A stretch of DNA of 50,908 nt from a virus: IMG/VR virus record IMGVR_UViG_3300045988_169817. One strand, written 5' to 3'. The position numbers were made by a program, and so were the translations under genes. Below, piece after piece: positions 1 to 7,602 of this stretch. The notes beneath the pieces are model-generated. The model did not search any database. It saw only the letters and a list, made by a program, of their open reading frames with translations, and had not been told where the DNA came from. Within the stretch, counting starts at the first letter, position 1, and every line of letters starts with the position of its first letter.

Positions 1-99
1 CCATGGCGAGCAGAAACAAATCGATAAAATGCGAGAGCTTTACGATTTGTTGCCGGTTAAACCTGAGTGGCTTACAAGAGAACAAATTGATGGATACGC
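1..99. repeat. Terminal direct repeat, identical to 50810-50908. This is an assembly overlap of a circular or terminally redundant genome.
   Basis: Read directly. Both copies run from ccatggcgagcagaaac to ttgatggatacgc. Confidence 0.95.
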
Positions 100-121
100 G
101 GCAAGAATGGGCATAAAATAA
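1..121 (+). CDS. 3' part of the wrap-around ORF that starts at 50700 (76 aa in total). Hypothetical small protein.
   Basis: The frame continues across the 99-bp overlap. Position 1 is the third base of an Ala codon, and the TAA stop is at 119-121. Confidence 0.6.
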   Translation, partial: HGEQKQIDKMRELYDLLPVKPEWLTREQIDGYAARMGIK

Positions 122-179
122 CCAACATTATTTAACGAAAAAAGTTCTTAAAGCAGTAACCAGATTAAAATAAAAGTAG

Positions 180-187
180 TATATTTG
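180..187 (+). promoter_or_regulatory. Bacteroides-type -7 promoter box TATATTTG
   Basis: Matches TAnnTTTG. It lies 61 nt upstream of the ATGGTAACA start at 241, the same spacing as at 738/800 and 49447/49508. Confidence 0.55.
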
Positions 188-240
188 CATATACTTAAAA
201 AGATATGGCGATAGCCAAAACAACTAAAATTTACAGCAAT

Positions 241-402
241 ATGGTAACAATGAAATTTTCAGCAACCAAGTCAGAAACATTGTTTTTGACACCGACAATT
301 GCAGTTGAACAAGACAACTCAGAAACAGCAATCCGATTTGCTCTTTGGCACGGCGTGTTCAGTGTAGAGGTAAGCAAGAGTTACAAAAACCGTAAAAGCT
401 AA
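241..402 (+). CDS. Hypothetical small protein (53 aa). The ORF track starts it at 205.
   Basis: The start was moved to 241 because the leader plus start aaaatttacagcaNtATGGTAACA is duplicated at 785-808, in front of the 800 ORF. Confidence 0.4.
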   Translation: MVTMKFSATKSETLFLTPTIAVEQDNSETAIRFALWHGVFSVEVSKSYKNRKS

Positions 403-407
403 ATAAC

Positions 408-674
408 ATGGCAAGAAACGAAATATTTGTAGCGGCTTATAGGCTTGAAGTTGAGGCCACTCGAGAGAATTTGGACAGTATGGAGAACTTCATGGAAGCA
501 ATTTCGGATTGCGCTATCGTGTCCAACGATGAGGGCCATGTGGCTATCATAGTAGCTTCTTCAGAAGCCTTGAGCCTATCAAGATTGGCTAATATGGCAC
601 TCAGATTTTTTGCCAAGGAGGGATATAGTATAAGTACTCTCGGACTCTTAGGGCCGTTCAAGAAACTCAATTGA
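408..674 (+). CDS. Hypothetical protein (88 aa)
   Basis: ATG-initiated ORF packed tightly behind the previous ORF. No motif recognised. Confidence 0.45.
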   Translation: MARNEIFVAAYRLEVEATRENLDSMENFMEAISDCAIVSNDEGHVAIIVASSEALSLSRLANMALRFFAKEGYSISTLGLLGPFKKLN

Positions 675-737
675 TATTTTTTAACATAAAACTTGGAAAA
701 AGTTCCCAAAGCGGCTCAATGATTCAAAAAAACATAG

Positions 738-745
738 TATATTTG
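738..745 (+). promoter_or_regulatory. Bacteroides-type -7 promoter box TATATTTG
   Basis: TAnnTTTG match 62 nt upstream of the ATG at 800. Confidence 0.55.
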
Positions 746-799
746 CAATATCAAAATTAAACAATAACATTTTAATAACAATTCAAAATTTACAGCATT

Positions 800-1924
800 A
801 TGGTAACAAAGAAATTTTTGCAGATGACAACGAAGAAGCTGAATGCTCTTTTGGCAACAGCAAGTGATGAAGACAAGAAGGCTATCGAAGCCGTACTTGC
901 AGCTCGTGAACAGGCTCAGGCCCCCGCTGCTCCTGCAGCTCCTGAGGCAACCGCAGAAGAGACTCCTGCAAATGAAGAAGAAACTCAGCTCAGTCTTGAG
1001 GAAGAAGCAGCTATTAAGGCAGCTGAAGAGAATGGCGGGCTCAACCCGCTTTACAATGGCAGCAAGGCAACTCAGGAGAAAAAGCCAAAGATGACCGATG
1101 AGGACCGCCATGCGCTGGCCGAAGAGCTGAAGAAGAACGTTAACCATCGTTGTCAGGCAGTTCCTTTTAACACCGTAGAATGGGTTGACGGCTATATCGC
1201 CGGAGTGATTGAAGAGAAGCGCAGCAATAGGGTACTCTATGCAATCAAGACAGACGACGGACGCCGCATTGTTAAGGTACACGACAGCAATCTCGTTCGC
1301 ATTCTGGATGAAGTTGTTGAGCCGGAGAAGAAAGTCCGTGCTCGCAAAGCAAAAGACCCGGTAGACAAAATTGAATGGACGCCGGAAGTAATTGCCGAAG
1401 AGGTTAACGAAGTTATCGGCAATGTAGGTAAAACGGTAGAATTTGAGAAATATCGCACTACAGACGAAAACGGCGAAGAACACATTGAAATGGTAGTTGG
1501 CCGTATCGTGACAATCGTGCCTGACAAACGAGCTCAGCGCTTGCTCTACCGCATTTCAGTTCCGACCCCTATCGAAGGCAATCCGCTCGCAACGAAGACT
1601 ATGCACAAGGTTGTAAAAGCTGAGGGCCTTAAGATTGCCGAAGAGTTCGACGAAGAAGGTGCGCAGCTCAATGCCAAGTATCTGGAGCGCCGTGAGGCAT
1701 CAGCAATCCGCAATCCGCTTACTGCTCAGGACCGCGTAATTCGCTGCGAGGAGAATGTGAAGAGGGCAGAAGAGAAGCTGCAGAAAGCTCAGGAAGAGTT
1801 GGAAGCCAAAAAGAAGCAGCTCTTGGATGCAAAGAAGGAGCTGGATTTATATCCCGGTCAGGTAAATGAAGCTCCTGCCGGAGCTCCTGTTGAGATTACA
1901 GCCGGAGAGGAGTCACTTGCATAA
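800..1924 (+). CDS. Hypothetical protein (374 aa). It has an Ala/Pro/Glu-rich N-terminus, two internally repeated beta-rich modules and a C-terminal coiled coil.
   Basis: Long ORF with its own promoter and two terminators. The segments VEWVDGYIAGVIEEKRSNRVLYAIK and MVVGRIVTIVPDKRAQRLLYRISV look paralogous. It is visibly more GC-rich than the surrounding sequence. Confidence 0.7.
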   Translation: MVTKKFLQMTTKKLNALLATASDEDKKAIEAVLAAREQAQAPAAPAAPEATAEETPANEEETQLSLEEEAAIKAAEENGGLNPLYNGSKATQEKKPKMTDEDRHALAEELKKNVNHRCQAVPFNTVEWVDGYIAGVIEEKRSNRVLYAIKTDDGRRIVKVHDSNLVRILDEVVEPEKKVRARKAKDPVDKIEWTPEVIAEEVNEVIGNVGKTVEFEKYRTTDENGEEHIEMVVGRIVTIVPDKRAQRLLYRISVPTPIEGNPLATKTMHKVVKAEGLKIAEEFDEEGAQLNAKYLERREASAIRNPLTAQDRVIRCEENVKRAEEKLQKAQEELEAKKKQLLDAKKELDLYPGQVNEAPAGAPVEITAGEESLA

Positions 1925-1955
1925 CACAGCCGCCTGACACCGTTTCTCCCATGGG

Positions 1956-1985
1956 GCCGTCTCGAAAGAGGCGGCTCTTTTTTTT
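1956..1985 (+). terminator. Rho-independent terminator
   Basis: GCCGTCTC-gaaa-GAGGCGGC stem-loop (one G:U pair) followed by a run of T. Confidence 0.75.
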
Positions 1986-2013
1986 GCTGCATATCTAAAT
2001 ATGCAGCTATTTT
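1986..2013 (+). terminator. Second hairpin, possibly a tandem terminator
   Basis: GCTGCATAT-ctaa-ATATGCAGC followed by tattttt. Confidence 0.5.
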
Positions 2014-2521
2014 TGTATTATTGTGATTTATGTTAAAATATGTAAACTCATAGAAACATGCTTCTTTCGCGTTCTAAAACACTTTTAGGCTTTAGGTGTA
2101 CTATAACATGGGTTAACTCAATTTGACGCGATAGAGGTCAAAAGAAGTATATCTATCAATGTATTTTTATAAAGCCTATAATATGAATTGAGGCATGGAC
2201 TTTCCTGAGCTTTAAGCTACCAAGCAGTTATATAAATAGCTGTTAAATTTATGGCTAAAAAGTTGACTCATTTTCTTGGCTTCTAGGACACTTTTATTTG
2301 AGAATAATAGTAGACTAAATCTATAAAAAGAAATGAGGAGAGAATGAACGAGAATAATGAAATTTCATATATTTTCGAGGCATTTAGAGCTCTATATTTT
2401 TATTTTGAAGCCGCAATAAACCAATGAAAAATTTTTATGTTAAAGCCTGTGAAACAGTGATTTATATCAAGATTATTTTGTACTTTAGCTTATAAAAGAA
2501 CAAAAGTAAAACTGTTAAAAA

Positions 2522-2752
2522 ATGTTACACACTAGAACACATAAAAGCCGCATGGCCATTATGATTAAACAGCTTATGCCTGAATGTACAAGCTGTGTAG
2601 CCCGCGTGCACAGTGGACTATGCAGCAATTGTCCACATTGGACTCCGAGTGTGGTACAGGAGTTAACAGAGGAAATGGCCGAGAGAATATCCGCCACAAT
2701 TGGACAGGAGAATATCACAAGGCCCAACGAGAGAAATGTTGAACAAAAATAA
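2522..2752 (+). CDS. Hypothetical small Cys-rich protein, possibly a zinc ribbon
   Basis: CTSC...CSNC pair of CxxC motifs. The start is uncertain, with internal Met codons available. Confidence 0.4.
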   Translation: MLHTRTHKSRMAIMIKQLMPECTSCVARVHSGLCSNCPHWTPSVVQELTEEMAERISATIGQENITRPNERNVEQK

Positions 2753-2763
2753 ATAATTGCAAT

Positions 2764-2961
2764 ATGGAAATAAATGAACAAGAGAATACCCAAGAGGTAC
2801 AGCAAGAGAATTTGCTTGATGGCTCTCAGTCAGTTCAAGCAATGCAAGAAGGAAATGAACTGCCAATTGCTGTTCAATTAGTTCAGCCTCAAGCTGCTTT
2901 AGATGAAATAGCGGAGCTTGAGAAGAAATATCGTGAAACTATAGAACGGGAGAATAAATGA
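2764..2961 (+). CDS. Hypothetical acidic and Gln-rich small protein (65 aa)
   Basis: ATG-initiated ORF that overlaps the next ORF start by 4 nt (ATGA). Confidence 0.4.
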   Translation: MEINEQENTQEVQQENLLDGSQSVQAMQEGNELPIAVQLVQPQAALDEIAELEKKYRETIERENK

Positions 2962-3434
2962 GCAATTTTGTTTTAGATTACAGCAAAAAGCAGACTTTGC
3001 AAATATCAAATGATGCTTTTTGCTTTTTGTATTATGGCGAAGAGCCATTAGACGAAGACAATTTGGAAGAAGCCAATGAGGTATCTGAAATGTTTTCCAA
3101 TAATTTTTATATAGAAGATGATTGGAAAGCAGTTGATGACTCAGACCTTATAGAATGTACTTTTGTTCCGTATGTTGAAGACCAAGCCGATTATGATGAA
3201 TATGAGGACCTTACTAAATATATTCAGCAGCAAATAAAATGGCTTGATGCAAACCATATTAGAGTGTGGTGGTTTAATAACCAAACTGGAGCGAGAGAAT
3301 TACGCGGTGATTTTAAGGTTTATACCAATAAATATGGCCTTAAGTGTTTTCATACAGGCAATCAAGATGAGGATTTTGCGACAGGAAAAACGAGCTTGTA
3401 TTTTTTGAAGAATTTCAAGAAGCGCATAGCTTAA
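2958..3434 (+). CDS. Hypothetical, strongly acidic protein (158 aa)
   Basis: Translationally coupled ORF with many D/E runs (DEDNLEEANE, DDSD, EDQADYDEYED). Confidence 0.55.
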   Translation: MSNFVLDYSKKQTLQISNDAFCFLYYGEEPLDEDNLEEANEVSEMFSNNFYIEDDWKAVDDSDLIECTFVPYVEDQADYDEYEDLTKYIQQQIKWLDANHIRVWWFNNQTGARELRGDFKVYTNKYGLKCFHTGNQDEDFATGKTSLYFLKNFKKRIA

Positions 3435-3456
3435 CAAGTGAACGAGAGAAATATAA

Positions 3457-3488
3457 GGCAGACTACAGAAAAGTAGTCTGCCTTTTTT
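3457..3488. terminator. Convergent (bidirectional) terminator hairpin
   Basis: GGCAGACTAC-agaaaa-GTAGTCTGCC followed by TTTTTT. It sits between the convergent genes ending at 3434 and 3487. Confidence 0.8.
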
Positions 3489-4209
3489 ACATTAAGCTTT
3501 CATCTTCTTCTATAACGAGAGAATAGCCGACTCCTCGTAGGGTTTCTATAGTTACTCGGCTATCCATTTTAAGCATATCTCGCAACATACACATATGGAC
3601 GTCTAAGCTACGTTTATTAAAGTAGTTATCATCAGTCCATACTTGTTGCATAAGTATTTTCCTAGGTAATATTTCGTTTTTATAGGCACATAGTAAAGCA
3701 AGAACTTGGCTTTGTTTACGATTAAGCCGTGTTTTTACACTGCCTATAGTAAGAAATTTATCTACTGTATTAAACAAGTAATCGCCTATCTCATAAGATG
3801 GCTCTATATTTCTTACTCGCACACCACATCTTTTCAAAACGGCTTTTATTCTTCTTATAAGCTCCTCAATGTTATATGGCCTTATAACGTAATCATCTGC
3901 ACCTTCATCAAATGCTTCAATAACATACTCATATCGGGCCTTGTCTGATACCATTATTACCGGTATTTTATCATTTGATTTGCGCAAAAATTTTAATGGC
4001 TTTAGCATCATAGAGGCATCTGTTGTTTTATAATGGCTTAATATGCATAAGTCATAATTCTTTTCTCTGATTTTGATTAGTATATCATTCTCAGTTGAGG
4101 TTATTACTTGAAAGCCGTTATACACCAAATAATCTACCAGGATTCTACAGTCTTCATCTTGATAGATTAAAATTCTTGGCAATGCTAATTTAGTGTTATT
4201 ACTTTTCAT
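3487..4209 (-). CDS. OmpR/PhoB-family response regulator (receiver plus winged-helix domain) with a degenerate phosphorylation site
   Basis: The receiver aligns by eye to PhoB (RILIYQDED, IPVIMVS, GADDYVIRPY, RRIKAVLKR). The C-terminus has the trans_reg_C pattern (LDVHMCMLRDML...TLRGVGYSL). Ser58 occupies the phospho-acceptor Asp position (YDLCILS), and Arg replaces the conserved Lys. Confidence 0.85.
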   Translation of the reverse strand: MKSNNTKLALPRILIYQDEDCRILVDYLVYNGFQVITSTENDILIKIREKNYDLCILSHYKTTDASMMLKPLKFLRKSNDKIPVIMVSDKARYEYVIEAFDEGADDYVIRPYNIEELIRRIKAVLKRCGVRVRNIEPSYEIGDYLFNTVDKFLTIGSVKTRLNRKQSQVLALLCAYKNEILPRKILMQQVWTDDNYFNKRSLDVHMCMLRDMLKMDSRVTIETLRGVGYSLVIEEDESLM

Positions 4210-5084
4210 ACTATTTCTTTAATCTTGTTTTGCAAATCGTTATATAGAACTTCATACCAAAATGGATTAAGTCTTAACAGGTCAAAGTATGAGTATACGC
4301 CTTTTTGGTATATTAAAGAAACATATTTAAGCTCTTTGTCCGCTCTTTTTTTAAGATGCTCATGATAGAACTTTATGGACTGGTCTACATTTACCAAGAA
4401 TGGCGATTTATGCTCTATAAGAACTTTCTGCTCTGTATTTTGAGCAAAATAATATGGAATATTAGGCATTGCCCAAAAAGTTAATCCAGCACCGTATTCC
4501 TCACTTGCTTTATATAAAAAGCCAGGGCATGGACGAATTGAGTCAGGATATAAGCTTTTACATATTCTTAACCTACGTGGAATAAAAGGATTAAGTAAAG
4601 TAGTTAATCGCTTGTTTATATAAGTTGAGTATTTATCAACCATTCTTGTGTGCTCTTTAACAAGTGATGAAACTAACAGCTTAATCCTTTCATTTCCTAT
4701 AGGGTCACTCAGGCGTATATATTCTTGCCTGAAAGCTTCACGCTGAATACGTATTCTATCTTCTTTAAGCCGTTGAGACTTTTTCCTTTTAGCTTCTACG
4801 CCAGCCATTGCGGCTCTGCGCTGTCCCTCAGGTCCAAACAGTCTTACACCTTGACAATTATTTGAACCTACGCCTACCCATGGCATTTTATCCCCATATC
4901 TAGCTTCAATCTCTCTGTTTTCTTGCTCTTCTTCAGATAATTCAACATGTTCTTCTTCTAAGGTAATTTTTTCAATTGCCTCAGATTGAGCCTCTTGAAT
5001 ATCCTCATCATCGCTTTTAATTTCATCGAGAAATTCAAAGAGTTCCTTTTCGGTTAGGTCTCCATATTGCTTAATATCTTCCAT
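4206..5084 (-). CDS. Hypothetical protein (292 aa) with an acidic N-terminus
   Basis: ATG-initiated ORF overlapping its neighbours by 4 and 14 nt. No motif recognised. Confidence 0.6.
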   Translation of the reverse strand: MEDIKQYGDLTEKELFEFLDEIKSDDEDIQEAQSEAIEKITLEEEHVELSEEEQENREIEARYGDKMPWVGVGSNNCQGVRLFGPEGQRRAAMAGVEAKRKKSQRLKEDRIRIQREAFRQEYIRLSDPIGNERIKLLVSSLVKEHTRMVDKYSTYINKRLTTLLNPFIPRRLRICKSLYPDSIRPCPGFLYKASEEYGAGLTFWAMPNIPYYFAQNTEQKVLIEHKSPFLVNVDQSIKFYHEHLKKRADKELKYVSLIYQKGVYSYFDLLRLNPFWYEVLYNDLQNKIKEIV

Positions 5085-5256
5085 GCCACTTAAATAAAGA
5101 CTTGATTATATCTTTTCCAACTTGCTTGTTAAGCAATCCAAAATATGCGATTGCAAGCATGAGCCTTGCTATTTTATGCAATACCCAGGCTAATAGATAT
5201 ATAGGGAAATAAAGTACACCTACATATCTCCATAAAAATTTAAGCACCTTTTTCAT
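5071..5256 (-). CDS. Hypothetical small membrane protein (61 aa)
   Basis: Hydrophobic segment VGVLYFPIYLLAWVL. It lies in an operon-like arrangement. Confidence 0.4.
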   Translation of the reverse strand: MKKVLKFLWRYVGVLYFPIYLLAWVLHKIARLMLAIAYFGLLNKQVGKDIIKSLFKWHGRY

Positions 5257-5578
5257 CTTCTGCTTGCTTTAATTCAACATAAGTCTTATGAAAAGCTTCA
5301 TCACCTATTCCTTTAATAAAAGTTCTAAGTGTAGAAGGATATTCGCTTGTATTTATAGTCTTATCGACTACTTTCGCGTAAAGAGCAGCAAGAGCTTTAG
5401 GCCCAAATACCTTTTTCTCTTGTAATCTTTCAATGGGGCCTCTTTTGAATTGAACACCTGGATGCTCATCCATAATCTTTGTACGAGTTAGATACAAATC
5501 CTTAATCAAAGCCTCAATATGCTTTTCAAACTGAGGCATTTGAATAATATCAATAACTTCCAAATCTTCCAGCTTCAT
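5240..5578 (-). CDS. Hypothetical protein (112 aa)
   Basis: ATG-initiated ORF, tightly packed. Confidence 0.5.
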   Translation of the reverse strand: MKLEDLEVIDIIQMPQFEKHIEALIKDLYLTRTKIMDEHPGVQFKRGPIERLQEKKVFGPKALAALYAKVVDKTINTSEYPSTLRTFIKGIGDEAFHKTYVELKQAEDEKGA

Positions 5579-5580
5579 TT

Positions 5581-6261
5581 TTATAAGTTTTTAAGTTGTT
5601 GTCTATAATACTTTTCTTGCATATCGAAATGTCTCTTATATATATGCAAATCATGAGCAAAATGGTAATAAGTGCCTATTGGCACACCGAGCTCATCTGC
5701 GACTAATTGTTGAAGCTTTGTCCAACAATACTGGTCATTGCAAAAGCCATAAACCAAATCATTGCTTCGCATAGTTACACACATATCAAGAGTTCCTATT
5801 TGAGGCTTAATATCAAATCCGACTGATAGCGTACAAGGTGTATCATACTTATAGTCATCTTTTTCTTTGCCGTCAAATATAGTAAACCAAGCTTGACGAG
5901 TATCTTTATTCTCTTTAAGCTGTTCAATGCACTTTGCCAATTGACCATTGCGAGTCCATTGCCAACCGTAATTAGAATTGACAATGTTATCTCCACCGTG
6001 CATTTTATTCCACGTAGGAGCATGTTTTTTAATTTCAGCTACACTCCTATCTCCAGACATATACCAGGCATATTCGTACTCTGCGTATCGTTCACTAAAT
6101 TTACGCCATTCTGTTGTTATGGTGCGTTGCTGAGGATTAAGTAAATAAAAACCAACATTGTAAACAGCTTTTGTTCCAACGTTAGTATTTACTCCTTGGC
6201 CCATTATAAAACCATATAAATCCTCAAAGGCTTCTGTTGCATTTTTATAAGCTATATTCAT
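5581..6261 (-). CDS. ThyA-family pyrimidine hydroxymethylase, predicted to be a deoxycytidylate (dCMP) hydroxymethylase
   Basis: Resembles T4 gp42 by eye in NSNYGW, the catalytic Cys context DTPCT, MRSNDLVYGFCNDQYCW and HIYKRHF. Asp occupies the position equivalent to T4 Asp179 and E. coli ThyA Asn177. The ORF-track start at 6276 is TTG, and the first ATG is at 6261. Confidence 0.7.
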   Translation of the reverse strand: MNIAYKNATEAFEDLYGFIMGQGVNTNVGTKAVYNVGFYLLNPQQRTITTEWRKFSERYAEYEYAWYMSGDRSVAEIKKHAPTWNKMHGGDNIVNSNYGWQWTRNGQLAKCIEQLKENKDTRQAWFTIFDGKEKDDYKYDTPCTLSVGFDIKPQIGTLDMCVTMRSNDLVYGFCNDQYCWTKLQQLVADELGVPIGTYYHFAHDLHIYKRHFDMQEKYYRQQLKNL

Positions 6262-6268
6262 AACTATT

Positions 6269-6400
6269 TTACCCAAATTTGTTTAACGCTCCAATCATAT
6301 CTTTGCCGAGATATTTTAAAAGTCTCAGCCTGTTTGTAGGTATTAAAGTATCTTAGTAATTTACCTACTGAGTCAAATACTCCATATTGCATTTTTCCCA
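6269..6400 (-). CDS. Possible small ORF (43 aa, MGKMQYGVFDS...)
   Basis: It fills the gap between 6403 and 6261 and starts 3 nt after the upstream stop codon. It is below the ORF-track length cutoff. Confidence 0.3.
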
Positions 6401-6402
6401 TA

Positions 6403-7125
6403 CTAATCCCATCCTCCTATATTATACATCGATAACTCATCATCTTTAGGTATTGTATTTCTAATAGCGTCAAGTAACTTTTTCTTTGATTCTCTACAGA
6501 GGTTATAGCCATAACCCTTATACCGGTATGAGCGCTCCCAAGTAGATATTGGAAAAGGAATTTTGTTGTCTAGTACTAAGCGCTTTTGATGCAAGTGCTC
6601 AAAAAAATCTCTATGATATAGTAGCATATATTCCCAATGCCATTTATCATCGTTGTCATCAAAAGGAAAATCTTCACTCTCATCAGCGGGCATACTAGTC
6701 ACATTATCAGGAACTATCTCCTTGTAATATGCAAACTTAGTAATGGTAAAGTCGAAATTATTCAGAATATCTTCAGGCGTTCCAAATACTGATTCAATAA
6801 GTTCTACCCACATAGAACTGCCTTTTTCTTGAAAGGCACAAGCCTTGTTATTTCTATATTTAAAAGTCCATGTGCCCTCTTCAACTAAGCTATTAAAGTG
6901 TGCAACAGCCTCACCAAAATCAGATTGATTGTGAAAGAAAATATCTACATCTTTCACTTTTTCTCTTGAGAGAATGTTCTTAAAACAACCGCCAGCTATA
7001 AAGCCTTTATGACCTTGCATATATTGGTCTAAAAATCTGAGAAACCAAAAGTTTTCAGGTATATTTTTTATATATTTATTCTCCACATTATTCGCAGCAT
7101 CTGCTATTTTTTCTTTGTCTGTCAT
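6403..7125 (-). CDS. Pol-beta superfamily nucleotidyltransferase with a CCA-adding/poly(A) polymerase-like head motif
   Basis: AGGCFKNILSREKVKDVDIFF matches the G[GS]-x(9-13)-DxD minimal nucleotidyltransferase signature. Confidence 0.6.
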   Translation of the reverse strand: MTDKEKIADAANNVENKYIKNIPENFWFLRFLDQYMQGHKGFIAGGCFKNILSREKVKDVDIFFHNQSDFGEAVAHFNSLVEEGTWTFKYRNNKACAFQEKGSSMWVELIESVFGTPEDILNNFDFTITKFAYYKEIVPDNVTSMPADESEDFPFDDNDDKWHWEYMLLYHRDFFEHLHQKRLVLDNKIPFPISTWERSYRYKGYGYNLCRESKKKLLDAIRNTIPKDDELSMYNIGGWD

Positions 7126-7586
7126 GCTATCAACTTATTAGTATTACTGTTATAAACTCTAAACAACAACTCTTCAGCTTCCTCATTCATGGCATTGCAA
7201 ATACTTATTGCTTCTTCCATAGATAAGCCTGTAAGTTCTTCATCGTCATCATTTACTGCAATTTCGCCAGTTATAACTCTAACATCAAATGAGTTTGCAG
7301 AAGCAAAAGCCTTAGCAGCATCAAGAGCCTGTATACAAATATAATGTACAGCATCCCAGTATATATAAGACAATGTGCTTGTATCTTTTAATATATCGAC
7401 ATAAAGCTCTCTCAACTTTTCTGGCTTAAACCATCCATGCTCATCCATTCGTCTATATTCAGCAAGCCATCTGCCATATCCATTTGTGGCCTTAAATCTG
7501 TTGGCATAAACAGCCACAAATCTAAGAAATTGGTCTGTATAAACGACTTGTGGAATTTCAACTGTTTTCTTCTTGAGCTGTTTCAT
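7122..7586 (-). CDS. Hypothetical protein (154 aa)
   Basis: ATG-initiated ORF with a 4-nt overlap onto the downstream gene. Confidence 0.55.
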   Translation of the reverse strand: MKQLKKKTVEIPQVVYTDQFLRFVAVYANRFKATNGYGRWLAEYRRMDEHGWFKPEKLRELYVDILKDTSTLSYIYWDAVHYICIQALDAAKAFASANSFDVRVITGEIAVNDDDEELTGLSMEEAISICNAMNEEAEELLFRVYNSNTNKLIA

Positions 7587-7602
7587 GTGCTTAAAGTTTA
7601 TA

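Noticed and set aside
716-1527. Antisense ORFs 716-1483 and 1237-1527 (minus strand), and similar shadow ORFs overlapping long genes elsewhere, for example 14049-14396, 18601-18972, 19129-19530, 39673-40191 and 50097-50450.
   Set aside because: They lie opposite well-supported genes. They have low-complexity or Cys/Leu/Ser-rich translations typical of antisense frames, and they lack promoter or start context.
1990-2521. A 530-bp AT-rich gap after the 374-aa gene that might hide a gene or an ncRNA. It contains a TATTTTTG box at 2008-2015 and a 27-codon ORF at 2344-2427 preceded by aggag.
   Set aside because: Only very short ORFs are present, and I could not identify a convincing structured RNA or repeat by eye. 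The evidence is too weak to report as a feature.
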